Below are positions 39,405 to 48,310 of a stretch of 64,000 nucleotides of DNA, piece after piece. The notes under the pieces are model-generated. The model was not told where the DNA came from, made no database searches, and worked only from the letters and a program-made list of their open reading frames with translations. Numbering within the stretch: position 1 is the stretch's first letter; every line of letters starts with the position of its first letter. Made by a program: the position numbers and the translations under genes. The stretch spans positions 53,682 through 117,681 of the forward strand of contig JANQNK010000013.1 in the NCBI GenBank assembly GCA_028279595.1. Direction: 5' to 3'. The DNA is from Thermoplasmatota archaeon. Lineage in GTDB: Archaea; Thermoplasmatota; JAKEGO01.

Positions 39405-41296
39405 TCTAACGCCTCCGGTACATCCTTGATGTCAGCATAGTTGAACACAGGACCCTCCTGGCAGACGTAGATGCCATTCATCTGGCAGTGTCCGCACTTG
39501 CCGACGCCGCACTTCATCCGCCTCTCGAGGGACACGATGATCTTGTCGTCCGGAACACCCTTCTCCTTCAGGCTCTTGATGACGAACCGGTACATGATCG
39601 GCGGTCCAACGACGATGCAGTACGTGTCCTCGGCATCGATGTCGACGCCCGGTATGAGCGTCGTGATGACGCCGACGTTACCCTCCCAGGTGTCCTCCTC
39701 GGTGCAGGAGTCGACGGTCATGCGGTGGTCGATGTCGTCGCGCGCGTCCCAGTCGGCAACCTCGTTGCCGAAGAGCATCTCGCCGGGCACCTTGCATCCG
39801 TAGAGGATCTTCACATCGGCGTAGTCCGCCCTGTTGTCGAGGACGAAGTTGAAGAACGACCTCAGCGGAGCGAGTCCGAGACCGCCTGCGATGAACAGGA
39901 GGTTCTTGCCCTTGAAGAACTCGGTGTCGAAGCCGACGCCGAACGGTCCGCGTATCCCGACCTTGTCGCCGACCTCGAGAGCATGGAGCTTCGTGGTGAC
40001 GTTCCCGATCTTGCGGACACACAGTTCGAAGGTCCCGCGGTGGGTGGGCGACGAAGACACCGATATCGGAGCCTCGCCGATGCCGAAGGCGGAAACCTCG
40101 ACGAACTGACCGGGCTGGTGGCCCAGTTCCGAGCCGTCGTCGAGCTTGAGCTCGAGGACCATCTCGGTGGTTCCCATCGCGGTCTTGTTGACGACCGTCG
40201 CGTTCCTCGGGACGAAGGAGTACTCCTCTCCCGGGGATATCTCGGCGGGTGTCGACTCGATGGCCTGGGGTTTCGTATCAGCGACCGCCCAGAGGTCGTT
40301 GAAGACCTTGACAGGGTCCGCGATGTCGGGGAGACACTGTGACGAGCAGCGGCCGCAGCCGACACAGGCGGTGAAGCCGAAGCGCTCGTTGAGATAGTCT
40401 CCCTTCTTGTTGTAACGGTGCCTGTAGCGTGCAGCCTTCGTCCCGCGGAAGTTCTCGCCGGACGCGACCGAGGCGAAGTCCTCGATCAGGCAGCCGTCCC
40501 AGGTCCTGTAGCGCTCTCCGCCCTTCAGGTCGAGGTCGGCCTCGTCCTTGACGTCGAAGCAGTAACAGGTCGGACAGACCAGCACGCAGGAGCCGCACTT
40601 GAGGCACTTCTCGGAGTGCTCCTCCCAGAACGCCTCGTTCCCGTAGTGGGCCCGAAGCAGCGCCGGGATCGCGGCGGCATCGAAGTCCAGGGATTTACCA
40701 ACGGGTGCGGAGTAGCTCGAGCAAGCAGCCTGCTCCTCCCCGTTCGCTTCCCTGAGTGCAGCGCCGTGTGTCAGGAGCAGGTTCTCGCCCTTCGAGGAAC
40801 CGACCTCAACCGCGTACGAACCGCCGAGGTCCGTTAGCATGATGTCGTACCCGTCAGAGACGCTCTCCGCGCCCATCGAGGCAGCGAAGTTCCACTCCGA
40901 AGTGTTCACAGCGTTCATTCCGATGATCACCGCGGCCTCACGCTTCTTCATATAGTATGGGTCAGCGTTCGATTCCGCGAACACGGCGTCCATCTGCTGC
41001 AGTGCAGCGATATCGTACGGATGGACACCGATGATCACCATCGGCTCAACATCGACGACGCTCTGCGCAGAATCGTTCGTTCGATCGAAACGCAGGAGCG
41101 TTTCCCGCTGCGGGAAGAAGTACTTCTTCGGCGGCAGCAGGGTCACGTCGTAATCCAGGCGCAATTCGTCCGCAGTGCCGAGATCGCCGAAGGCGAAGGC
41201 ATTTCCCTTCTCCTTGACCCCTACGACCTTGCTGGAACCATCCTGGATCATCCCATTCACGAAACTCGTGAAATCTCCCTTTGAGATGACTTTCAT
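39401..41296 (-). CDS. Fused sulfhydrogenase beta (4Fe-4S dicluster) + gamma (FAD/NAD(P), 2Fe-2S) subunits
   Basis: CLKCGSCVLVCPTCYCF and CVGCGRC...C, then PGQF, GEAPIS, RGPFG, GGLGLAP, GPPIM, ERRMKCGVGKCGHC...VC..GPVF in one frame; SD GAGGAGG before ATG 41296. Confidence 0.92.
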   Translation of the reverse strand: MKVISKGDFTSFVNGMIQDGSSKVVGVKEKGNAFAFGDLGTADELRLDYDVTLLPPKKYFFPQRETLLRFDRTNDSAQSVVDVEPMVIIGVHPYDIAALQQMDAVFAESNADPYYMKKREAAVIIGMNAVNTSEWNFAASMGAESVSDGYDIMLTDLGGSYAVEVGSSKGENLLLTHGAALREANGEEQAACSSYSAPVGKSLDFDAAAIPALLRAHYGNEAFWEEHSEKCLKCGSCVLVCPTCYCFDVKDEADLDLKGGERYRTWDGCLIEDFASVASGENFRGTKAARYRHRYNKKGDYLNERFGFTACVGCGRCSSQCLPDIADPVKVFNDLWAVADTKPQAIESTPAEISPGEEYSFVPRNATVVNKTAMGTTEMVLELKLDDGSELGHQPGQFVEVSAFGIGEAPISVSSSPTHRGTFELCVRKIGNVTTKLHALEVGDKVGIRGPFGVGFDTEFFKGKNLLFIAGGLGLAPLRSFFNFVLDNRADYADVKILYGCKVPGEMLFGNEVADWDARDDIDHRMTVDSCTEEDTWEGNVGVITTLIPGVDIDAEDTYCIVVGPPIMYRFVIKSLKEKGVPDDKIIVSLERRMKCGVGKCGHCQMNGIYVCQEGPVFNYADIKDVPEALE

Positions 41297-41467
41297 TCCA
41301 CATCCTCCTCGCTCTACGATTTGGGTAAGTTCCAAAATAGGGGAAACCTATAAAATGGTTGTGCAGAGGCCGAAGGTCGATATACGATAATGGAAAGCCG
41401 GAACTACCTACCTCTCCTTTTCATTACCTTAAACGAGGTTAATTGTTGTCCCGTTGTCTATTACAGT

Positions 41468-41917
41468 CTAGTATTGCCAATTTCGGAGTACGCTCTTGAT
41501 AACTGTCGGGACCTTCAAAAGGTCCGGGCCGAGCGATACCCGGTAGTTCGCCTTGTCGTGATAGGCGTAGGAGAGCTCCCCCACGCGGAAACCTCCGATC
41601 AGGATGGTCGCGTCCGGCAGTCCTCCGAGCTCGGAGAGGTCGTCCCTTCCGTCGGGGGTCATTGCGATCAACGGGTGCTCGAGGAGGTCGTCGAGGGTCC
41701 CCGGGACCGCCCTTTCCGAGACGTAATCGATGAAGGTCTGGACATCGTCGAACCTCTCGTGCCTTGGCACCTCGAAGACATGTCCGTCCTCCGTGTGCAC
41801 GGAAAGGTCGAAATCATGGTCCCTGAGAAGCTGTGCCGCGCTGAAGGGGATCTCCCAGTCGTCCCCATGTGCGGGAGGTATCGAGACCGTAGTGTTCCCT
41901 AGGACGATACGCGGCAT
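41468..41917 (-). CDS. Short Nep1/Emg1-like SPOUT methyltransferase-fold protein
   Basis: SVHTEDGHVFEV and ILIGGF..G...VSLG resemble Nep1 motifs; start set at ATG 41917. Confidence 0.55.
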   Translation of the reverse strand: MPRIVLGNTTVSIPPAHGDDWEIPFSAAQLLRDHDFDLSVHTEDGHVFEVPRHERFDDVQTFIDYVSERAVPGTLDDLLEHPLIAMTPDGRDDLSELGGLPDATILIGGFRVGELSYAYHDKANYRVSLGPDLLKVPTVIKSVLRNWQY

Positions 41918-41973
41918 CGTTATCCTTACGACCACAAAGCTAATGGATTTTTCCCCTTTCGTTGACGATCGAC

Positions 41974-42047
41974 GGGTTGAACAGGGATCTGACTGTGATG
42001 ATGCTTCGCAAGTCAGAATCCGTTTGAACGGACCGGGCCGTTCAACC
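41974..42047 (-). repeat. Degenerate copy of the tRNA-associated element
   Basis: GGGATCTGACTGTGATGATGCTTCGCA (+, from 41984) vs GGGATTTGACTGTGATGATGCTCCGCA (+, from 42198). Confidence 0.6.
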
Positions 42048-42183
42048 GCAGCCGCCGGGACCGGACGTCGATAGAAATTGACGAGAAGCGAGACGTCCGG
42101 GACAGTCGATTCCGGAGGGATCGACGTATGAAAGCAGATTTCCGCACCATCCTTCGTGGAGTCCTTGAATTGACGTGAGAAGG

Positions 42184-42309
42184 ATGGTGCAAGCACCGGG
42201 ATTTGACTGTGATGATGCTCCGCATCATCCAGGCTCGCGAATGGTCGATTCATGCTTACTTCATTCGCGACCACCCGGTCCAGTCTCGGGTTCGAAACCC
42301 GAGCACCAT
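42184..42309 (-). repeat. tRNA-Gly-associated structured element (inverted + direct tRNA 3' end, two-hairpin T-loop insert)
   Basis: Ends TCAAATCCCGGTGCTTGCACCA, cf. tRNA-Gly TCAAATCCCGGCGCCTGCACCA; see findings. Confidence 0.85.
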
Positions 42310-42342
42310 TCCCTGCATCGAGTGTTCATTGAGAAACGTGAA

Positions 42343-42419
42343 TGGTGCAGGCGCCGGGATTTGAACCCGGGTTAAAGGCTTGGAAGGCCTTGGTCATGGC
42401 CAGGCTAGACTACGCCTGC
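42343..42419 (-). tRNA. tRNA-Gly(TCC), CCA encoded
   Basis: GCAGGCG...AAGGC-CT-TCC-AA-GCCTT...CCGGG-TTCAAAT-CCCGG-CGCCTGC-A-CCA; TATA-like sequence upstream. Confidence 0.96.
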
Positions 42420-42459
42420 ACGCATTCCGCCAATCGCTATTATCTATATTAAACTCACG

Positions 42460-43305
42460 TCACTCGACCCGCAACGATTTCAGGAGGTCGAGGTTCATCC
42501 TGTAACCGCGCTCGCCGTCGTCGAGGGCTGGTGTTTCGAGGTAGCCAGGCACCTCAGCGAACCGGTCGTCGTTCACCAGCATCCTGAACGCCTCGACCCC
42601 GATCTCGCCCTTGCCGATGTGAGCGTGCCTGTCCTTCCGGGACCCCAGCAGCTTCTCAGTGTCGTTTAGATGGAATGCCTTCAATAGATCCAGCCCGATC
42701 GCGGAATCGAACGAGTCGAAGGTCTCGCCATAAACGTCCTCCTTCCGGATGTCGTAACCCGCGGTGAAGGTGTGGCAGGTATCATATGCGACGCCCACCC
42801 TCTCGCTGTCAGAGAGCATCTCGATGATCGTTCCGATCTGCTGGAAGGTGTAGCCGAGGACCGATCCCTGGCCCGCTGTCGTCTCTATGAGTATGTCAGC
42901 ACCGGAATAGTCCACAAGGCACTCGTTCAGGGCCTCGGCGATCCTGGCAAGACCACGCTCCTCACCTGAACCGACGTGTGCGCCGGGGTGGAAGATCAGC
43001 TGGTCGCATCCGATGAACGTGGCCCTGTCCATCTCGTCCCTGAACGCGGAGACCGCGCGCTTCCATTTCCCCTGGTCCGGCTGGGCCAAGTTTATCAGGT
43101 ATGAATCGTGGACCGCGATGTAGGGGAATCCGGAATCGGCGCGGACCGCCTTGAACGTCGCCGCCTCATCTTCCGTTATCGGCCGGGCGTGCCACTGGCT
43201 CGCGTTCTTGGAGAATATCTGGAGCACCTCGCAGCCGTCCTCGAGGGCGGGCGCGAAAGCGTTGTGCAGGCCTCCGGAAATGGATTCGTGGGCTCCGAGG
43301 AGCAT
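42460..43305 (-). CDS. nfo: Endonuclease IV
   Basis: LLGAHES, QIF, H.SYLINL, FHPG.H, ETTAGQG, DTCH, HLND, DRH, LETP. Confidence 0.95.
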   Translation of the reverse strand: MLLGAHESISGGLHNAFAPALEDGCEVLQIFSKNASQWHARPITEDEAATFKAVRADSGFPYIAVHDSYLINLAQPDQGKWKRAVSAFRDEMDRATFIGCDQLIFHPGAHVGSGEERGLARIAEALNECLVDYSGADILIETTAGQGSVLGYTFQQIGTIIEMLSDSERVGVAYDTCHTFTAGYDIRKEDVYGETFDSFDSAIGLDLLKAFHLNDTEKLLGSRKDRHAHIGKGEIGVEAFRMLVNDDRFAEVPGYLETPALDDGERGYRMNLDLLKSLRVE

Positions 43306-43325
43306 AGCACTGGGAAAGCCTCCGA

Positions 43326-43337
43326 CCTTATATAAGG
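43326..43337 (-). promoter_or_regulatory. TATA box for leaderless nfo
   Basis: CCTTATATAAGG palindrome ~25 nt upstream of ATG 43305. Confidence 0.6.
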
Positions 43338-43473
43338 AGCGCCTGAAGACCTGATCCGGGAATTTCATTATCTGGCCCCCTCGCCTGGCCTTATATACCG
43401 TCACCAAAAGTAATATAAAGCCATAAACCGGTGTTGGATACGGTCGCGGGACGCTATGGTGAAGGTGGGTTGA

Positions 43474-46455
43474 ATGTCGGTGTTGGTCCTGAGAACTTTT
43501 GCACTGTTTATGAGCGTAGTATTTCTGTCCGTATTGCTGATCGGAACGACCTCCGGATGGGAGGTCATTATCGACGATCCAGAGGCGGACGACGTCCTAT
43601 CCGGAATATACAACTGTACCGGAAGGGTCGAGGAGGACCTGTTCAACGATACTGGTGAGATACGGTTCGTGAACATCTCCATCGACGGCGGCGGCGAGGT
43701 CCCGGCCAAGGACGGCGGGAACGGCTTCTATGACTGGTACTTCGAATGGGACACCAGCCAGACCAGCGACGGCGACCATACCATGACAGCATATGTCTAT
43801 GTTGCCCGGACCACTGGCGGAGGAGGCGGAAATGGCTCCGGAGAGGAGGAGGACGTAACCCAGGAGGACTACGTCGAGGTCGAGGTCGAGGTCGACAACA
43901 AGATACCGGTTGCCGTCATAGATTCGATCACTCCGAATGCGACCGTTGTCGGCGACGTGGTTTCCTTTGTGGGACACGGTCAACCACCTCTCGGGCGTAC
44001 CATCGTCGATTATATCTGGTGGTCCTATCCGGGAGACGATGATCTGAGCAACAAGTCATCGTTCTCCACTTCTACGCTTTCTGTCGGCGTCCACACCGTT
44101 CGTTTCAAGGTCTGGGACAGCGAGGGAATGGCCTCGGTCCCGGTAACGATGGACATCGAGATCCTGGCGCCGGACGATGACGACTGGCCCACGTTCCACG
44201 GCGATTATTACCGCGCTGGAGCGGTCTCCGACGGTCCCGGTGACGGGAACATCAGGTGGAACTTCTCCACCGACAGCGGAGAGACCGAGTTCTTCGACCC
44301 GGTCATCTATCAGGACCGGGTCTACATCACCGAGAGCGTTGACACTGGAATGACCACATTCGGGGTGATCCACTGCCTCGATGTGAATGGTACCTTCAAC
44401 GACGCCCAGGGCGAGGCCTTCGGCCGTGCCGATCTGCTCTGGAACTTCACACTCCCCGAATATGCCCTGGCAGCGCCCGCAGTAAGGGACGGGAAGGTCT
44501 TCGTGGGTACCCAGTGGTCGAGCACTGAACCCAACTTCTACGCCCTCAACGCCTACAATGGAATGCATATCTGGAACCATACGACCAACGGACACATATG
44601 GTCCTCACCGGCCGTGACGGCGGAGATGGTCGTATTCACCGACTTCGATGGGAAGGTCATCGCCCTCGATCCCCAGGACGGGGACCTGTTATGGAAGACA
44701 GACCTCGAGTACCCGATACTCTCATCACCACTCATCGCCGGGATGAGGATATACATCCCCTCAACGGATGGGGAGCTCCACATCCTCAATGCGGTCAATG
44801 GCGAGAAGATATCCTCGACCGATCTCGGAGCTGGACATACCACTGCCCCAGTCTTTTGCGATAGAATGGTCTACTTCACAGCTCGTGGCGACGGCTCGAA
44901 CGACATGCTCGTAGCTAGGGACCGTTTCAGCATGGATGACGGCCGGCCAGGAGCATGGAAGTACACGCCGGGAGGCCGCATCTACACCACTCCCGTAGTC
45001 ACGGAGGACGCGATATACATAGTGAAGGATGACGGCACCGTCATAGCCGTCGACCTCGAAGGAAGCGAACTCTGGACACTGGAGCTGAACGACTCCGTTT
45101 CCGAGTCGCCAGCACTTGGAGGTTCCACTCTCTATGTCCCGGCCGAATCGGGAAAACTGTACGCTGTCAACATCGACAACGAGTCGGTGGACTGGAGCAT
45201 TGACCTTCCAGGAGAGACCACCTCACCCGCCATCAGCGGCGAATACCTGTACCTCGGCGCAGGCGGTTACGCCTATGCCATATGGGAGACGTCGATCCCC
45301 GAAGCGACCATCGAGGAGATCGAGGTCGCCATCATTCCGGAGGTGCCTCCGACCCAGTTCTGGTACCTGTTCGCGGTCGATTACGATCCATTGACGGTCT
45401 CTGACAACATCACGCTGACGTTCAACGGCAGCGCCACCGACCCCGAGGGATTGGACATCGTCGATCACGAATGGTCCTCGAGCCGGGATGGGATCCTCGG
45501 GAACAACATGACGATAGACGCAGCGCTCTTCCCAGGGACACATTCGATCAAGTTCAGGGCCAAGAACGAGGCTGATGTCTGGTCGTCGTTCGCGACGATG
45601 CAGGTCGTGGTGAACTCCAACATCAGACCCGAGGTGGAGGTCGACATCAACTATCCATACGTCGGCGAGTACACGGCCTTCGACCTGTCCGGGTCCAACG
45701 ACACGGACGGAGGTATCGAGCTCTTCAGACTCGACTTCGGAGACGGTTCCGACGTTGTCTTCTGGACTGACTCAGATTCGGCGGTCAACCACAGGTACAC
45801 CGACGAGGGCAATTACACGCTCACCGTCTGGGCATATGACGATTACGGACTCCTCAGCGAGGAGTACACTAGGAACGTGGCGATATCCGAGAGGGACACG
45901 ACCCCGGATCCCACGAACGGCGGGGAGGACAAGGACGATACCATCGACCAGACACTCCTGTTCGTGGTCGCCGGCGCACTGATCGCGGTCCTCGTCCTCG
46001 TAGCGATCATTCTGTTCGTCGTCCTTCCTGGAAGATCGAAGAAGAAGGACAGCATGGTCGAGTTCGAGGAGGACGAGAAGCTCCGGAAGGTTGGTCCGAT
46101 GATGGACATCGACGAGAAGGAGGAGAAGCTCGCGGCGATCGCTGCCAGGCTCGGAGAGGAGAAGGTCCTCGGAGCCAAGGGTACGGCTCCCCGCGGACGG
46201 AGGAAGGCGGCTCCGAAGAAGAAGCCAGCGCCAAAGGCGAAGCCCGCTCCGAAACCGAAGGCCGAGCCCGCTCCCGAGAAGGAACCTGAGCCGGAGCCAG
46301 AACCCGAACCTGAGCCCGAGCCGGAACCCGAACCTGAGCCCGAGCCTGAACCGGAACCCGAGCCGGAACCGGAGCCCGAGGAGGAAAAGGACCTCTCGGA
46401 GAAGCGCTCATCGCTCGAGGACCTGCTCTCCGACCTCGAAGGCATGCGCAAGTGA
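43474..46455 (+). CDS. Membrane-anchored surface protein: Ig-like, PKD-like, PQQ-like (BamB-type) beta-propeller, PKD, TM, K/P/E-rich tail
   Basis: WPTFHGD, SSPAV...G...W repeats, WSS..DG.LG, DFGDG, TM FVVAGALIAVLVLVAIILFVVL. Confidence 0.88.
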   Translation: MSVLVLRTFALFMSVVFLSVLLIGTTSGWEVIIDDPEADDVLSGIYNCTGRVEEDLFNDTGEIRFVNISIDGGGEVPAKDGGNGFYDWYFEWDTSQTSDGDHTMTAYVYVARTTGGGGGNGSGEEEDVTQEDYVEVEVEVDNKIPVAVIDSITPNATVVGDVVSFVGHGQPPLGRTIVDYIWWSYPGDDDLSNKSSFSTSTLSVGVHTVRFKVWDSEGMASVPVTMDIEILAPDDDDWPTFHGDYYRAGAVSDGPGDGNIRWNFSTDSGETEFFDPVIYQDRVYITESVDTGMTTFGVIHCLDVNGTFNDAQGEAFGRADLLWNFTLPEYALAAPAVRDGKVFVGTQWSSTEPNFYALNAYNGMHIWNHTTNGHIWSSPAVTAEMVVFTDFDGKVIALDPQDGDLLWKTDLEYPILSSPLIAGMRIYIPSTDGELHILNAVNGEKISSTDLGAGHTTAPVFCDRMVYFTARGDGSNDMLVARDRFSMDDGRPGAWKYTPGGRIYTTPVVTEDAIYIVKDDGTVIAVDLEGSELWTLELNDSVSESPALGGSTLYVPAESGKLYAVNIDNESVDWSIDLPGETTSPAISGEYLYLGAGGYAYAIWETSIPEATIEEIEVAIIPEVPPTQFWYLFAVDYDPLTVSDNITLTFNGSATDPEGLDIVDHEWSSSRDGILGNNMTIDAALFPGTHSIKFRAKNEADVWSSFATMQVVVNSNIRPEVEVDINYPYVGEYTAFDLSGSNDTDGGIELFRLDFGDGSDVVFWTDSDSAVNHRYTDEGNYTLTVWAYDDYGLLSEEYTRNVAISERDTTPDPTNGGEDKDDTIDQTLLFVVAGALIAVLVLVAIILFVVLPGRSKKKDSMVEFEEDEKLRKVGPMMDIDEKEEKLAAIAARLGEEKVLGAKGTAPRGRRKAAPKKKPAPKAKPAPKPKAEPAPEKEPEPEPEPEPEPEPEPEPEPEPEPEPEPEPEPEEEKDLSEKRSSLEDLLSDLEGMRK
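46281..46380 (+). repeat. Coding (Glu-Pro)n repeat, ~16 copies
   Basis: GARCCN hexamer array. Confidence 0.9.
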
Positions 46456-46534
46456 TCGGGCCAACGGGCCCACGGACACCCATTTCCTGTAAAGGTTTAT
46501 TTACGGTGATGTATATTATCCGCATCGGGACGGG

Positions 46535-47569
46535 ATGCCCTTGCAGGTCTCAGTGGACGTGGTCTCCGAAACCATCCGGAGAAGGTTCACGCTCTTCATC
46601 ATCATACTCGTAGGTGTCCTTGCTGTTGGCACCACCGGTTACGTGATCATCAAACTCTACTTCGAGGAGTATCATTCATCGGGGATAGAGCTCGCCGTCG
46701 ACGCGATCTACTGGACCATCATCACGCTGACTACGCTCGGATCGTATCCGGCAACAGTGGCACTGACGAGTGTTGTCGGAAAGGTGTTCACCGTCGTCGT
46801 CGTCATCATGGGCATCGTGCTCATCATTGTCGCCTTCCCACTGGCCCTCAGCCCCTGGTTCGAGAGCAGGATGAAGGAGATAATGAGCACGACCCGGGTC
46901 CCGTTGCCAAAGAGCAATCATGTCATAATCATCGGCTACAGCGACGTCGGGAAGGAGGTGGTCTCGAACCTTCGGAACTACGAGATCGACTTCCTCGTGA
47001 TCGAGAACAACCAGGCGAAGGTCAGGGAGATGATCTCGGACGAGGTCCCCGCGGTGATCGGTGACCCGACCAGGGAGGTCGTCCTCGAGAAGGCCCACCT
47101 CGACAGGGCGATAGCGATAATCTCCGTCGAGGACGACAGCGTGAACGCATTCGTCGCCCTCACTGCGAGCAGGCTCAGGCCCGACCTTAGGATTGTCTCG
47201 AGCATTCAGAACATCGGCAACCGCACGATCCTCAAGAGGGCCGGTACCACGCAGGCCCTCGCACCGAAGAGCACGGTCGGGGCGCTCCTCGCGAGCGAGG
47301 CCGTCGGCAGGCGGAAGGGGGAGCTCGCCCTGCCTGCCCAGGTCCTCGGAGACCTGAGCGTCGGGCACTTCCACGTCTCGGGCTCCTCCAACGTGGTCGG
47401 CAAGGGGGTCGGGGACGTAGGCTTCGATTCACTTCAATTGATGGTGGTGGGTGTATGGCGCCACGGGAACTTCGTCGTGGACCCGCACGGATGGACGCTG
47501 AAGGACGGCGATATCATACTGCTCCTCGGTACGGGGGAGCAGCTGGAGTTCGTGAAGAACATGTTCTAG
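46535..47569 (+). CDS. 2TM/1P ion channel with TrkA-N (RCK) and TrkA-C domains
   Basis: TM - YW.IITLTTLGSYP pore - TM, then IIIGYSDVG, GDPT. Confidence 0.88.
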   Translation: MPLQVSVDVVSETIRRRFTLFIIILVGVLAVGTTGYVIIKLYFEEYHSSGIELAVDAIYWTIITLTTLGSYPATVALTSVVGKVFTVVVVIMGIVLIIVAFPLALSPWFESRMKEIMSTTRVPLPKSNHVIIIGYSDVGKEVVSNLRNYEIDFLVIENNQAKVREMISDEVPAVIGDPTREVVLEKAHLDRAIAIISVEDDSVNAFVALTASRLRPDLRIVSSIQNIGNRTILKRAGTTQALAPKSTVGALLASEAVGRRKGELALPAQVLGDLSVGHFHVSGSSNVVGKGVGDVGFDSLQLMVVGVWRHGNFVVDPHGWTLKDGDIILLLGTGEQLEFVKNMF

Positions 47570-47579
47570 GGTGTGAACG

Positions 47580-48251
47580 ATGAGATGCATAGTCTGCGGA
47601 TACGGGGTCGTCGGGCGCAATGTCGCCGAAACGCTTGACCTTTACAGCATCGACTACGTCGTCGTCGAGAGGGACAGGAACGTGAAGGCCCAGCCGGGTG
47701 TCCCGATGATCCACGGGGACGCCAAGGACGAGGACGTCCTGAACAGGGCATCGATAGACGTCTCGGACATCCTGATAGCATGCACCGGCGTTGATGCAGA
47801 GAACGCGTTCATCACCCTCGCAGCGCAGGACCTCAATCCGGAGATCCGGGTCCTCTGCAGGGCCGCGAAGCTCGAGTCCGTCGACAAGCTGTACATGGCG
47901 GGCGCCGATTATGTCGTATCGCTGGCCCAGATAGCCGCGAAGAACCTGGTGCGGCTTGCTGTACTGCCATACAAGTCGGACGTCCAGGACTATCTGACAG
48001 TTACCAAGGAGGTCGTCGTAACGACCATCGAGCTTCCCAGCGGTTCGGAGTACGTCGGCAGGACGATCCACGGGAGCCAGCTGGAGGAGATCACGGGGGT
48101 CAGGATCATCGGGTTCCAGCGATCGGGAGCCATTATCGCCAACCCGACCGGCGACGCCCCGTTCATCGAGGGGGATGTCATGTTCGTCGCGGGGTCCTCG
48201 AAGGACCTCAACACGTTCGGGCGGGTAGTGCGGGGAGAACAGCTTTCCTGA
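47580..48251 (+). CDS. Soluble TrkA-N/TrkA-C (RCK) regulatory subunit
   Basis: VCGYGVVG, HGDA, D.EN, AGADYVV, C-terminal RCK_C. Confidence 0.88.
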   Translation: MRCIVCGYGVVGRNVAETLDLYSIDYVVVERDRNVKAQPGVPMIHGDAKDEDVLNRASIDVSDILIACTGVDAENAFITLAAQDLNPEIRVLCRAAKLESVDKLYMAGADYVVSLAQIAAKNLVRLAVLPYKSDVQDYLTVTKEVVVTTIELPSGSEYVGRTIHGSQLEEITGVRIIGFQRSGAIIANPTGDAPFIEGDVMFVAGSSKDLNTFGRVVRGEQLS

Positions 48252-48310
48252 ACCACTGGCCCTACGTACACATCTATAAATACGGCTGAGCCGAATGGCC
48301 AGAGCGAGGG

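Noticed and set aside
41918-42274. 119-aa N-terminal extension of the 41468-42274 ORF
   Set aside because: Runs through the tRNA-associated hairpin repeats and does not look protein-like; start reassigned to 41917.
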